A stretch of DNA of 59,551 nucleotides from an uncultured delta proteobacterium (GCA_963705165.1 CAVPJD010000018.1:1-59551), one strand, 5' to 3'; numbered from the stretch's first letter, positions 36,970 through 46,845 are shown. Notes: generated by a model not told the origin, from the letters alone. Numbers and translations: made by a program.

Positions 36970-39651
36970 TTAAACGATCGGTTCCCCGTCGTTGATTCGC
37001 TCGTAGGCGCGGATATAGGCGGCGATCATGTTCTCGAGCCTGTAGCGCTGGCGGGTCTCGAGCATGATCCGCCTGATCTGGGGCTCTCGGATCTCGGGCG
37101 GGCGCCGGTGGAACCGCACGCTGTTCTCGAGACCATACCACAGCCCCCGGGCGTCGTAGTCCCGGAACAGGAAGCCGTTTCCCACGTCCTGGGGCGCGCC
37201 GGCGCTCTTCAGGCGAAGCTCCCGGATCTTGTCGTGGTAGCCCCCCGTGTCGCGGTTGGTCGCCGTGGCGCCGAAGATGTTTCCCACCTGGTCAATTTGG
37301 CCGCAGGGCTCGTAGAGCGAAGCCCCGAAGACGTCGCTTGCCGCGGCATAGCCCAGCATGCAGAGCTCCTCGCTGAAGGGCTGGTAGCCGATCCGCCCGC
37401 CCGAGGCGTAGGCGATCCGTCCCAGCACATCCACGTGAGTCCGGTCGCTGCCCACCCCGTCGCCCACGATGGCGATCTGGACATCGGGGTGATCGACGGC
37501 GAAGGGCCCCGCCACCTGCTCCAGCAGCGCCACCCCCTTCTGCGTGGGGTCGAGGCGCGAGGGCCAGAACAGAAGGATCGCGTCGGCGTCGACGTTGAGC
37601 CCCATGCGCTTCTGGAACTCGACGCGGTTGATGCGCTTGGCTTCCAGGACGTCGTCGTCGGGGCCGAATTTCTCGACGCAGAAATCGCATCGCTCCGGGT
37701 ACATATAGGGCGGCGGCGCATTGATGATGGAGATGGCCGTCCCGTGGAAGTACTTGGCCTTGACCTCCATCCTCACGCCGGGCGGCACGAGGGGCCGGTC
37801 TATGAAGTAGTCGTAGACCACCTCCTTGAGGAACTGCTCTCCCACGAAATTGATCAGGCTCGCGTTCTTGATGGCCGTGGCCTGGCTGTCGATGCAGCGC
37901 CTGCCGTATTCCTCGGAGTAGTAGAGGTTCTCGGAGAAATCCTCCAGGTCCACGCCGAAGAGCATGTCGAGCGGGACGTGACCCGTGAACACATTGTGGA
38001 CCGTGTGCAGGACGGGGACCCCCCGGGCTTTCAGGTAGGCGTTGATGATCCCCCCCGCCATCCAGTCGTGGGTGTGGACGATGAGCCTTCCGCCATGGCG
38101 GGCGCTCACGCCCTTGATGACGTTGTTGACGATCTCGCGCTGGAATTCGGCGGCGTTGAGCAGCGGGTTTCCCCCGTAGGCGCTTAAAAGATCAGAAAAT
38201 ACCCCCGAGCTGACCAGGTGGATCTTTTCGGGGTCGATCTTGTAGCGGACCTCCCGCCACTGCTGGGCGCTGAGCTTGGACTCCCTCTGGAAGCGCTTTT
38301 TGAGGTTGAGAACGGCGAGGTGAACGTCAACGCCCCGCTCGGTGAGCCCCTCGCACAGCGCCGAGATGACCTCGCCCTGGCCGCCGCTCTTGCCGGAGAT
38401 GTACTTGGCAAGTCCCCCCAGATCCTCGGGAAGCCGGCCCGTTTCCGGCGTGATGATGAGAACGGCGGTCTTCTCTTTGCGCTTGAGGATCTCGAAGCGG
38501 AAGATGGTGACCGTGAGGATGTCGATTTTCCGCGTCAGGATGTGAACGGCGCTGGCCAGCGATTCCCCGTAGGGGTTTTCGTAGGTGCACAGCGAGGGCT
38601 CCCTGCCGGTCCGCTTGTGGATGGCGTAAAGGTGATCCGATGCTGTGAGGTGCCGCCAGTGGGTCAGGAGCTCGCCCCCGGCCTTGCGGGCTATTTCCTC
38701 CATCTTCTCGATGTCGTGGAAGAGATCGAACTGTGCCGGGTCGTCGAGCCAGCCGCCCGTCTGCCGTTCCATCCCGGCCCGGTCGGTACTGGCCGGTGCG
38801 GGGATGTCCAGGACCGGGCAATCGATATTCCGGAAGCGCCGGGCCAGCTCCGCCGGAGTGGACGCCTCGATGCCCGGAAACTCCGAAAGCGCCTCGACAA
38901 CACCTTTCCAGAAGTCATGGATCGCGGTGCTTTCCGGGCCCGGTGCCGCCATGTGCTCCACGCTGGTTCCCAGGAGCACAACCCCTTCTGCGCCCTTCGC
39001 GATTCGCTCCAGGTACCGGCGGGGCGTGAGGGGGCTCTGCGCGAACCGGATCTGGATGTCGTCGCTCAGCTCCCGGTTTCGAGGGATGACGAGCAGATCC
39101 GTTGCCAGTGCCCGATACACCGTACCGCTTGCGGCGCCGGGCTTTGCCGTCTCGCAGAGTATCGCCGTGTATCCCATGTCGGTGACCACGGCGGCGATGT
39201 CGTTGTTGAAGATGAGGTCCGTGTTGCAAAAGGACGTGGGGCGCGTCCCGAAGTGCTTGGCCAGCCGGTCCCGGTGAAAGGAGACCTGGTCCCGGAATTC
39301 CTGCTTGCGTGGATCCTCGAAGAGGCTTGCCAGGGAGTGATAGTGCGTCTCGTCGAGAAACTCGACGCGCTCACCCTCACGGCCGGCATCGAGGAGGTCC
39401 TGGAGTGCCTTGATGACCTCGCTCTGGTAGAGCTCCGCCTGATCCAGAAACGTGCCCGACAGACCCACCGTAAGCTTGAAATCGAGTTGTTTCCCGACAA
39501 GGGACGTCAGCGTCCGGATGGCGGGAAGGTAGCACTGCCTCGCCTTTTCCGTGAAGACCTCCCGGTTTCGCTCATCCTGCAGGAACTTGTCCCGTTCGGG
39601 ATGGAGCAGGAAAGGGAGGTGGAACTGAAAGTAGAAGATGACGGATAACAT
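36970..39651 (-). CDS. Fusion of a GH57 (alpha-amylase-like) domain and a GT5 glycogen/starch synthase domain
   Basis: N-term FQFHLP, CYLPA, LSGT, ETHYHSL, LSDDI, ASDHLY; C-term KSGGQGEV, HTHDW, HTVHN, SRLDPTQKG, SLYEPCG, TGG. Confidence 0.88.
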   Translation of the reverse strand: MLSVIFYFQFHLPFLLHPERDKFLQDERNREVFTEKARQCYLPAIRTLTSLVGKQLDFKLTVGLSGTFLDQAELYQSEVIKALQDLLDAGREGERVEFLDETHYHSLASLFEDPRKQEFRDQVSFHRDRLAKHFGTRPTSFCNTDLIFNNDIAAVVTDMGYTAILCETAKPGAASGTVYRALATDLLVIPRNRELSDDIQIRFAQSPLTPRRYLERIAKGAEGVVLLGTSVEHMAAPGPESTAIHDFWKGVVEALSEFPGIEASTPAELARRFRNIDCPVLDIPAPASTDRAGMERQTGGWLDDPAQFDLFHDIEKMEEIARKAGGELLTHWRHLTASDHLYAIHKRTGREPSLCTYENPYGESLASAVHILTRKIDILTVTIFRFEILKRKEKTAVLIITPETGRLPEDLGGLAKYISGKSGGQGEVISALCEGLTERGVDVHLAVLNLKKRFQRESKLSAQQWREVRYKIDPEKIHLVSSGVFSDLLSAYGGNPLLNAAEFQREIVNNVIKGVSARHGGRLIVHTHDWMAGGIINAYLKARGVPVLHTVHNVFTGHVPLDMLFGVDLEDFSENLYYSEEYGRRCIDSQATAIKNASLINFVGEQFLKEVVYDYFIDRPLVPPGVRMEVKAKYFHGTAISIINAPPPYMYPERCDFCVEKFGPDDDVLEAKRINRVEFQKRMGLNVDADAILLFWPSRLDPTQKGVALLEQVAGPFAVDHPDVQIAIVGDGVGSDRTHVDVLGRIAYASGGRIGYQPFSEELCMLGYAAASDVFGASLYEPCGQIDQVGNIFGATATNRDTGGYHDKIRELRLKSAGAPQDVGNGFLFRDYDARGLWYGLENSVRFHRRPPEIREPQIRRIMLETRQRYRLENMIAAYIRAYERINDGEPIV

Positions 39652-39705
39652 GTCGCTGTAAATCCTTGCCTTCCGCCTGATGACGGCTGTCGCTGTGCCT
39701 TGACC

Positions 39706-40401
39706 TCAACGGTCTCCGTCTGCTTCTCTTGCGGCTTCCCCGGCGAAATCGCCTCCGACGATGGCCCCGTCCTTGGGGAAGAAATCGGGGTAATGCCGTT
39801 GCAGCTCGGAGACGATTCTCTCGAAAGGCACCTCCGCGAAGGCCCCGTGGTCGTGCAGGTATTGCATGTGCCGGTTCCCCTGCCCGTCGAACTCGTGAAA
39901 GAGGCAATCCGATTTGCCGTCGAATTCAAGGGGCCTGACACCGAATTTTTCGCAGAGGCTCATGTTGAAGGTTGGCGTGACCTTGAGCCAGCGGCCCTCC
40001 AGGGACAGTTCCGCGTATCCGTGGAAGACGAAAACATCCGTTTTCATGAGCTTCCGGAGCCGCTCTGTACTCAGATGGTTTTTTACGTCGGCAAACCCGA
40101 CCCGTGACGGAATCCCCGACGCACGGGCGACTGCGGCCAGGGCAATGGCCTTTGCCACGCAATACCCTTTGCGCTTGCCGATGATGACGCTTGCCTTGAA
40201 CTCCGCCGGGGCAAGCCGGATGTTGTATGGATCGTAGAGGATCTCGTCTCGGACGGCCCGGAAAAGGCTGATGGCTTTTTCCCTCCGCGTTTCACCCCTT
40301 GCATGGGTTTTCGCAAATTCGATCACCACCGGGGAGACGGAGTCGATATAGAGCGTCGGCTGGAGATAGTTTCGGAGTTCTTCCGGATTTCGCTCTTCCA
40401 T
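39706..40401 (-). CDS. Transglutaminase-like family protein
   Basis: VRDEILYDPY, GYCVAKA, GFADVKNHL, FHGY.E, WLKVTP. Confidence 0.9.
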   Translation of the reverse strand: MEERNPEELRNYLQPTLYIDSVSPVVIEFAKTHARGETRREKAISLFRAVRDEILYDPYNIRLAPAEFKASVIIGKRKGYCVAKAIALAAVARASGIPSRVGFADVKNHLSTERLRKLMKTDVFVFHGYAELSLEGRWLKVTPTFNMSLCEKFGVRPLEFDGKSDCLFHEFDGQGNRHMQYLHDHGAFAEVPFERIVSELQRHYPDFFPKDGAIVGGDFAGEAAREADGDR

Positions 40402-40657
40402 GGGAATCCCCCTGATCTCGCCATGGGCCTTCCCGCCGGGAAAGCTCGGGTTATCCATGCCGCTTCCCTGCCGGTCCCTCTTCGGGCCGGGCGAAGGGAA
40501 CCCTCCAACCGGGCAGATGCAACAAGGGCACGATAACGCAGTTTTGAAATCCATTCAAGGGGTGAAAGGGTGGGAGAATATAAAAGGCTTGCCTCGTCCG
40601 AGACAAGCCCTTGAAAGGGGTTTAGCCTCTGGGTTTCCTGAAAATGTATTCATTCAA

Positions 40658-40873
40658 TGTATTCATTCATGGAGGAGAGCATCGTTGATCCCCTCCATGA
40701 ACGAATAGGAGAGAGGTAGATGACAGAGAGAGTCCGTGATCGTTCCGAAGAACGCTGTTTTCTTGTGATGCGCCCTGGGCGGCGCCTCTCCCGCTGTCTG
40801 TTTGTATTCGTCCATGGGGGGATCTTCGTTGACCCCCCATGAATGAATAGGAGAGAGGTAGATGACAGAGAGA
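40658..40873. repeat. Two ~70-bp direct-repeat copies (hairpin plus GA-rich tail); candidate duplicated sRNA
   Basis: Copies at 40658-40731 and 40803-40873 share TATTC..CATGG/CCATG..GAATA and GGAGAGAGGTAGATGACAGAGAGA. Confidence 0.8.
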
Positions 40874-41286
40874 ATTCTATGTGTGCCCGAGGGCTGTTTT
40901 ATCTAATCCCGTCCTTCCGCTTTCGTCTTGCCGAGCAGTTTCTCGAAATAGAGCCTGCCTTCCGTGGCGCCGGAAGAACCTCTCGGTTTTCTTGCGTTGC
41001 GGATCTGCCGGTCAAACCAGAACCTGAAGTTTACCGTGGATGCCTTTCTTGTATTCATCATATCTTGCTTCGATTCCCTTCGCTTTTTCACTTGGTTTAT
41101 ACCCGAGGAAGAAGCATGGGTATATCGGAGCAACTCTGATTTTCCTATCGGATAGACTCCTGCAAAAATGCCCGGTTTTGTCTTACAAAATGGAAAAATG
41201 TTCCTCTATGTGGAACATCTTGCATACAATATACGGTCTGATTTTCGAAAAAGCAAGAAAAAAATCAGTGGCGAGTGATTCCTCGG

Positions 41287-41751
41287 TCAGCCCTGGCTCC
41301 CTGCAGGCATGATGGTCCTCAGGATGTCTTCTTTGCCGATGATGCCGACGAGGCGGCCGCCCTCCAGGACCGGGAGCGTGTGGATGTTGTTGTTGACCAT
41401 GAGTGTCGCGATGTCCTCCAGGCTCGTGTCGGGGTCGACGGTGATCGGGTCAAGGGTCATGGCCTGGGAGACCTTCGAGGCGAGGATTTTATCCACTTCC
41501 TTCTCCATGCTCCGGTAGGATGTCAGGGGGATGATCCCGTCGAAAAAGGTGAACAGCGAGGGCAGGGGGAGCCTTTTCTGCTGGACGATGAGATCGTCCT
41601 GGCAGATGATCCCGATGAGCCTGCCCCTGTCGTCGACAACGGGCAGTCCGTTGAAGTGGTTCTCCAGAAGGAGTCTTGCCGCCTGCGTGATCTCCGTGTC
41701 GGGTGTGACCGTGACCACTTCTTTCGTCATCATGTCCCTGGCCTTGAGCAT
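41287..41751 (-). CDS. CBS domain pair protein
   Basis: ARDMMTKEVVTV, GLPVVD..GRLIGII, TLPV..GRLVGII. Confidence 0.93.
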   Translation of the reverse strand: MLKARDMMTKEVVTVTPDTEITQAARLLLENHFNGLPVVDDRGRLIGIICQDDLIVQQKRLPLPSLFTFFDGIIPLTSYRSMEKEVDKILASKVSQAMTLDPITVDPDTSLEDIATLMVNNNIHTLPVLEGGRLVGIIGKEDILRTIMPAGSQG

Positions 41752-42024
41752 GGTCCTTTCCCTCCTTTGCCCTGGTTTCGCGAACAGGCTATCGGTCATT
41801 CCCTCTTAAGTTCAGCGATGGAATGCCGATAGGTAGATCAAGGACACTGGTTGGAACCGGCGCCGGGCGGTCACGGGCCAACGGGATCTCCACTTCCGGA
41901 CGGACCTGGCCCGCTTCAACCCTTGATCCGGCTGACAGCGTTTCTATCTTCTCCTTTCTTCCTTCTCCCCCTGGGCCGCACCACCCGGGGGGACCTTTAT
42001 TCAGTGACCGGCGGAAGAGAAAAA

Positions 42025-42207
42025 AGTGTCTGAGTGCTTGAGTGTTTAAGTGCCTGAGTGAAGAGGACGAAGGGACCAGGGAGTCGGGTGTGGGGACGAG
42101 GAAGAAAGGCTCCGGATTCAGGATATCCCATTACCCAATTTTCCATTACCGGTTACCGCCGCCGAAGGCGGAATGACGAAACAGACGAGATAGACCAGAT
42201 AGACCAG
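42025..42207. repeat. Cluster of short tandem arrays: 8-mer GAGTGCTT-like, 8-mer CCATTAC-like, 9-mer TAGACCAGA
   Basis: At 42025-42060, 42128-42157 and 42175-42207. Confidence 0.65.
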
Positions 42208-42209
42208 TT

Positions 42210-43106
42210 TCACGCCCGGCTGCGCCGGATCACGAGGCGGCAGCAGCCGATGATATTTTCGGGTGTGTAGAGGGCCAGTTCGTCGCGGTAGAACCGCGGG
42301 TAAAGGTCTTGGATCACCGCGTCCTCGTCACGGGGGTCGTTGCGGATTTCCTCGCAGAGGGACCGGGTGGCCTCGCGGGCATCCCTGAACGCTTTCCGGG
42401 CGTCCTGCCCCATCAGCGGTCCCTGGTGAGCCAGGCAGAGGATTCGGGGTTCGAGGGCTTCCAGGCGGTCGATCGTGGCCATGTAGTCCCCATACCCCGT
42501 GAAGAAGATGGGGAAAAACCCGATGCTGGGGATGCGGAAACCCAGGCTGTCGGAAACCATCAGGGCACTCAGACCCGGGACATGGACGAGGATGTTGCCG
42601 ATGGCGTGTCCCCCGACGTGAAGAAAACGGAGTGTCACTCCCCCCAGGTCCAGCGTCTCGTTGTTGCCGGCAACCCTGGCGCCGTCCACGGAGGGGGGGC
42701 GTTCGATGGGGGAACGGCCCGGCCGGTAACCCTGCGACTTGAGAAACTCCGACATGAAGCGGTCCTCGGCCACGAGGGCCGCCGCTGTCTTGGGGTGAGA
42801 CAGGAATTCCCGTGCGCCGGCCCCGATGATGACGCTGGCTTCGGGGTAGCGCTGCCGCAGGGCGGGCAGGCCGTTGATGTGGTCTCCGTGCGGGTGGGTG
42901 ACGATGAGGGTGTCGGGAGTTATCCCGAGCGACTCCAACTGGCCGATGGCCTCGTCGGCCGTGGCGGATATCCCCGTCTCAACAAGGGCCGAAGCCGTTT
43001 TTCCCCGGACGAGATAGAGGTTGAAAAAGGAATTGCCCAGGACCCAGAGCCCCTCAGCCAGACGTTCGGGAAAGATTGCCGCCCTCTCTTGAGATGGACG
43101 TTCCAT
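42210..43106 (-). CDS. Metallo-beta-lactamase fold hydrolase
   Basis: THPHGDHING, GHAIG, SD, LAHQG metal-ligand motifs. Confidence 0.9.
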   Translation of the reverse strand: MERPSQERAAIFPERLAEGLWVLGNSFFNLYLVRGKTASALVETGISATADEAIGQLESLGITPDTLIVTHPHGDHINGLPALRQRYPEASVIIGAGAREFLSHPKTAAALVAEDRFMSEFLKSQGYRPGRSPIERPPSVDGARVAGNNETLDLGGVTLRFLHVGGHAIGNILVHVPGLSALMVSDSLGFRIPSIGFFPIFFTGYGDYMATIDRLEALEPRILCLAHQGPLMGQDARKAFRDAREATRSLCEEIRNDPRDEDAVIQDLYPRFYRDELALYTPENIIGCCRLVIRRSRA

Positions 43107-43116
43107 GGCCCGGAGA

Positions 43117-43449
43117 TCAACCCCCCTCGTAGCCTTTGAAGGTGCGAAGGGAGACCGATTTCTCGGGATACTGAAAAACCTCGTAGTCGGTTTTCTTGCC
43201 CAGGATTTTGTCGATCTTGTCCTGGAGTGTCGAGCGCTCCTTGCTCCCGAACCACTTTTTCCAGTCGTCCATTCCTTGCCAGGTGCTGATGACGAGATAC
43301 TCTTCGGGGTTGTCGGCGCTGCGCAACGTCTCGCCGGAGATGTAGCCCGGCTGCCTCGAGGCCAGCGTCCTGAGTTGCGTGATGAGATCCAGAAGAGCCG
43401 CTTCCTTTTCCTGCGTGACCTTGCGTTTGATAAGCACTTTGACGAGCAT
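43117..43449 (-). CDS. Antibiotic biosynthesis monooxygenase (ABM) family protein
   Basis: QPGYISGETL, YLVISTW...W..W..S.ER; RBS AGGAGG. Confidence 0.88.
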   Translation of the reverse strand: MLVKVLIKRKVTQEKEAALLDLITQLRTLASRQPGYISGETLRSADNPEEYLVISTWQGMDDWKKWFGSKERSTLQDKIDKILGKKTDYEVFQYPEKSVSLRTFKGYEGG

Positions 43450-43562
43450 GTCCACGCCTCCTCTCTTGGATTTTCAGCGCTTCGGTTTTCATCATAGTAT
43501 CGATAAGCCCGAACTTCAACGAAAAACTCTCACCGGCCGATCGGCGGTCCTTCTCAATCCTG

Positions 43563-43590
43563 TTGACAAATTGGGGCGAGTAGGTATTTT
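43563..43590 (+). promoter_or_regulatory. Putative sigma-70 promoter of the efflux operon
   Basis: TTGACA-16 nt-TATTTT. Confidence 0.4.
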
Positions 43591-43690
43591 ATGAAAAGAT
43601 CATGCATGGATCGGCTCGGCGATCCGTCCAGGGGTGCAAGACCGGTTTCAACCGGTTTTTTTCATATCAATGCGATGAAAGAGTGACCCA

Positions 43691-44908
43691 ATGGCAGCTG
43701 ACGACCTCTCCCGACTCAAGATCGACAAGACCGCGAAGACCGTGCAGACCAACCGCCGAAAGCGGCCGATGCTCGTCATCGGTGGCGCAGGGCTCGTGGT
43801 GCTGGCGGCCGTCCTTTACTGGATGGGGGTTTTTACCCCCGCCCAGTCGGTGGAGGTGGCCACGGTGAGCCAGACTTACCCCTCCCAGTCCTTCACGCTT
43901 CTCAATGCCAGCGGCTATGTGGTGGCCCAGCGAAAGGCCGCCGTCGCCTCGAAGATCACCTCCCGGCTCATGGAGCTTTCTGTCGAGGAGGGGAGCCGCG
44001 TGAAAAAGGGGGACATCATCGCGAGGCTGGAGGGCGATGACGCCAAGGCAGCCCGGGACCAGGCCCAGGCGAACCTGAGCGTTTCTCGCTACAGCCTCAC
44101 CCAGGCCCGCGCGGAGCAGGAGGATGCAAAGATCTCCTACGAGCGGGAGAAGGGGCTTCTCTCCCAGGAGTACACGACAAAGGCCCAGCACGACGCAGCC
44201 GATGCCCGCTACAAGAAGGCCGTTGCCGGCGTTTCCGGCGCCGAGTCCGCCGTGAAGGCCGCCGAGGCCGCCCTCGAGGGGGCAAAGGTGAATGTGGAGT
44301 ACACACTCCTTCGGGCGCCCTTTGACGCCGTGGTTCTCACGAAGAATGCCGACATCGGAGACATCGTGACCCCCCTGGGCGCCGCCGCCAACGCCAAGGC
44401 GGCCGTTGTGACCATCGCCGACATGAACTCGTTGCAGGTGGAGACTGACGTGTCGGAGTCGAACCTCGAGCTGGTGAAGAAAGGACAACCCTGCGAGATC
44501 CAGCTCGACGCCCTGCCGGAGAAGCGTTTCCGCGGGGAGGTCCACATGGTCATTCCCACGGCGGACAGGACCAAGGCCACCGTCATGGTCAAGGTTGGCT
44601 TCATCGACAAGGACCCCCGGATCCTTCCCGAGATGAGCGCCAAGGTCGCTTTCCTGTCGAAGCCCGTCAGCCCCGAGGAGGAGAAGTCCCGCACCACGAT
44701 CAACCCCGCCGCCGTGGTGAGCCGGAACAGCAAATCGACGGCATTCGTCATCAAGGGAGGCCAGGTGGAGGAGCAGGAGATCACGACGGGCGAGAAACTG
44801 GGCGATCTTCTTGTCGTGACAGGCGGCGTCAAGGCGGGCGACCGGGTGGTCCTGAACCCGCCCAAGGGCCTCAAGAGCGGAAGCCGCGTCAAGCAGGCCG
44901 AAAAGTAG
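43691..44908 (+). CDS. Efflux membrane fusion (periplasmic adaptor) protein, MacA-like
   Basis: N-terminal TM, ASGYVVA, VEEGSRVKKGD, coiled hairpin, RAPFDAVV, P.AD, LPEMS. Confidence 0.93.
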   Translation: MAADDLSRLKIDKTAKTVQTNRRKRPMLVIGGAGLVVLAAVLYWMGVFTPAQSVEVATVSQTYPSQSFTLLNASGYVVAQRKAAVASKITSRLMELSVEEGSRVKKGDIIARLEGDDAKAARDQAQANLSVSRYSLTQARAEQEDAKISYEREKGLLSQEYTTKAQHDAADARYKKAVAGVSGAESAVKAAEAALEGAKVNVEYTLLRAPFDAVVLTKNADIGDIVTPLGAAANAKAAVVTIADMNSLQVETDVSESNLELVKKGQPCEIQLDALPEKRFRGEVHMVIPTADRTKATVMVKVGFIDKDPRILPEMSAKVAFLSKPVSPEEEKSRTTINPAAVVSRNSKSTAFVIKGGQVEEQEITTGEKLGDLLVVTGGVKAGDRVVLNPPKGLKSGSRVKQAEK

Positions 44909-44920
44909 GTGTAGAAGACC

Positions 44921-45661
44921 ATGACCGATCCGACCACCACCTGCGATGAGCACGGGCCTTCCCCCGTGCTGGAGAACCGGCCCGTCATCGTCGAGGTGAG
45001 AAACGTCAACAAGGCCTACATGCGCGGCAGCCACATCATCCCCGTGCTCCAGGAGATCAACTTCGACATCCGCGAGGGAGAGTTTCTCGCGCTGATGGGC
45101 CCCTCGGGGTCGGGAAAGAGCACACTGCTGAACCTCATCGCCGGGATCGACAAGGTCGACAGCGGAACGATCGTCATCGGCGGCGTCGACATCACGGCCC
45201 TCGACGAGACGGAACTGGCCCACTGGAGGGCCACGAACGTGGGATTCATTTTCCAGTTCTACAACCTGATCCCGGTGCTCACGGCTTTCGAGAACGTGGA
45301 GCTGCCCCTTCAGCTCACGGGGCTCTCCCGCTCGGAGCGGCGCGATCATGTCGAGATGGCCCTTCGGGTGGTCAACCTTTCCCACCGGATGGACCACTAC
45401 CCCTCGCAGCTCTCCGGCGGCGAGCAGCAGCGCGTGGCCATTGCGCGGGCCGTCGTGACGGACCCCACGATCCTGGTGGCCGACGAGCCGACGGGGGATC
45501 TGGACCGCGCCTCGGCGAAAGAGATCATGTCGCTGATGTGCCGGCTCAGCCGCGAGTCGCGCAAGACCATCATCATGGTGACCCACGACCCCAAGGCCGC
45601 CGAGGCGGCCCAGGTGATCCGCCACCTGGACAAGGGCTCCCTGAACCATGCGCTTTCTTAA
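44921..45661 (+). CDS. ABC transporter ATP-binding protein (MacB/LolD-like)
   Basis: GPSGSGKSTLL, GFIFQFYNL, LSGGEQQRVAIARA, ADEPTGDLD, VTHD. Confidence 0.95.
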   Translation: MTDPTTTCDEHGPSPVLENRPVIVEVRNVNKAYMRGSHIIPVLQEINFDIREGEFLALMGPSGSGKSTLLNLIAGIDKVDSGTIVIGGVDITALDETELAHWRATNVGFIFQFYNLIPVLTAFENVELPLQLTGLSRSERRDHVEMALRVVNLSHRMDHYPSQLSGGEQQRVAIARAVVTDPTILVADEPTGDLDRASAKEIMSLMCRLSRESRKTIIMVTHDPKAAEAAQVIRHLDKGSLNHALS

Positions 45662-46805
45662 TCTGCTCATCCGCAACGCCTTTCGCCACAAGCTGCGAAC
45701 GGGGCTCACCATCCTGGGCATCACCATCGCCATCCTCGCCTTCGGGATGCTCCGGACCATGGTGAACGCCTGGTATGCAGGTGTCGAGGCCTCCTCGGCC
45801 AACCGTCTCGTGATCCGAAACTCCATCTCGCTCGTCTTCCCGCTGCCTCTGGCCTACAAGGACAAGATCCGCCAGGTCGGCGGTGTGAACCTTGTTTCCT
45901 GGGGGAACTGGTTCGGCGGGGTCTTTATCGAGGAGAAGAATTTTTTCCCCAATTTTGCCGTGGAGCCGAAGTCCTACCTGGCACTCTATCCCGAGTATGT
46001 GATCCCCGAGCTGCAAAAGAAAACATTTCTCAACGATCGCAAGGGCGCCGTCGCCGGGAAGAAGATCGCGGAGAAATTCGGCTGGAAAGTGGGGGACACG
46101 GTCACCCTCAAGGGGACCATCTTCCCCGGCAACTGGGAATTCACCATCCGGGGCATATACCGAGGCAAGGACCGCAGCGTCGACGAGACCCAGTTCTTTT
46201 TTCACTGGGAATATCTCAACGAGACAATGAAAAAGACGGCCCCGCGGAGGGCCGACCAGGTTGGGTTCTACATGATCGGCATCACGAACCCGAACCTTGC
46301 CGGTGAGGTGAGTACGACGGTCGACGGGACCTTCAAGAATTCGCTCGCCGAGACCCTCACGGAGACGGAGAAGGCCTTCCAGATGAGTTTCGTCTCCATG
46401 ACGGAGGCGATTCTCGTTGCCATCCAGTTCGTCTCCATCGTGATCATCGTCATCATCATGGCCGTTGTCGCCAACACGATGGCCATGACGGCCCGCGAGC
46501 GGATCGGCGAGTACGCCGTCTTCAAGACCCTGGGCTTCGGGGGCTGGTTCATCGCGGGCCTTATCTTCGGGGAGTCGCTCGTCATCAGCCTGTTGGGGAC
46601 AGCCCTCGGGATCGGGCTCACCTTCCCCGTGGCGGCGGCATTCGCCGATTATCTGGGGACCTTCTTCCCCATCTTCTTTGTGGAGCGCGAGACGGTGTAC
46701 ATGGACATCGCCGCAGGGATACTCGTGGGGATCGTGGCGGCCCTCTTTCCCACCTGGCGCGCCGTGAAGATCCGTATTGCCGATGGCTTGAGGAGGATCG
46801 GGTAA
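45648..46805 (+). CDS. ABC transporter permease (MacB/FtsX family)
   Basis: RHKLRTGLT, large periplasmic loop, RERIGEYAVFKTLGF. Confidence 0.92.
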   Translation: MRFLNLLIRNAFRHKLRTGLTILGITIAILAFGMLRTMVNAWYAGVEASSANRLVIRNSISLVFPLPLAYKDKIRQVGGVNLVSWGNWFGGVFIEEKNFFPNFAVEPKSYLALYPEYVIPELQKKTFLNDRKGAVAGKKIAEKFGWKVGDTVTLKGTIFPGNWEFTIRGIYRGKDRSVDETQFFFHWEYLNETMKKTAPRRADQVGFYMIGITNPNLAGEVSTTVDGTFKNSLAETLTETEKAFQMSFVSMTEAILVAIQFVSIVIIVIIMAVVANTMAMTARERIGEYAVFKTLGFGGWFIAGLIFGESLVISLLGTALGIGLTFPVAAAFADYLGTFFPIFFVERETVYMDIAAGILVGIVAALFPTWRAVKIRIADGLRRIG

Positions 46806-46845
46806 GAACTGGAAGAGCGGAAGCGAGGAAGAGCAGAAGAGCGGA
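46805..46845 (+). repeat. 8-mer tandem array (GAAGAGCG) between the permease genes
   Basis: Read directly. Confidence 0.75.

Noticed and set aside
40903..41133. 76-aa minus-strand ORF near the duplicated element
   Set aside because: No RBS or recognisable features and atypical composition; cannot be supported
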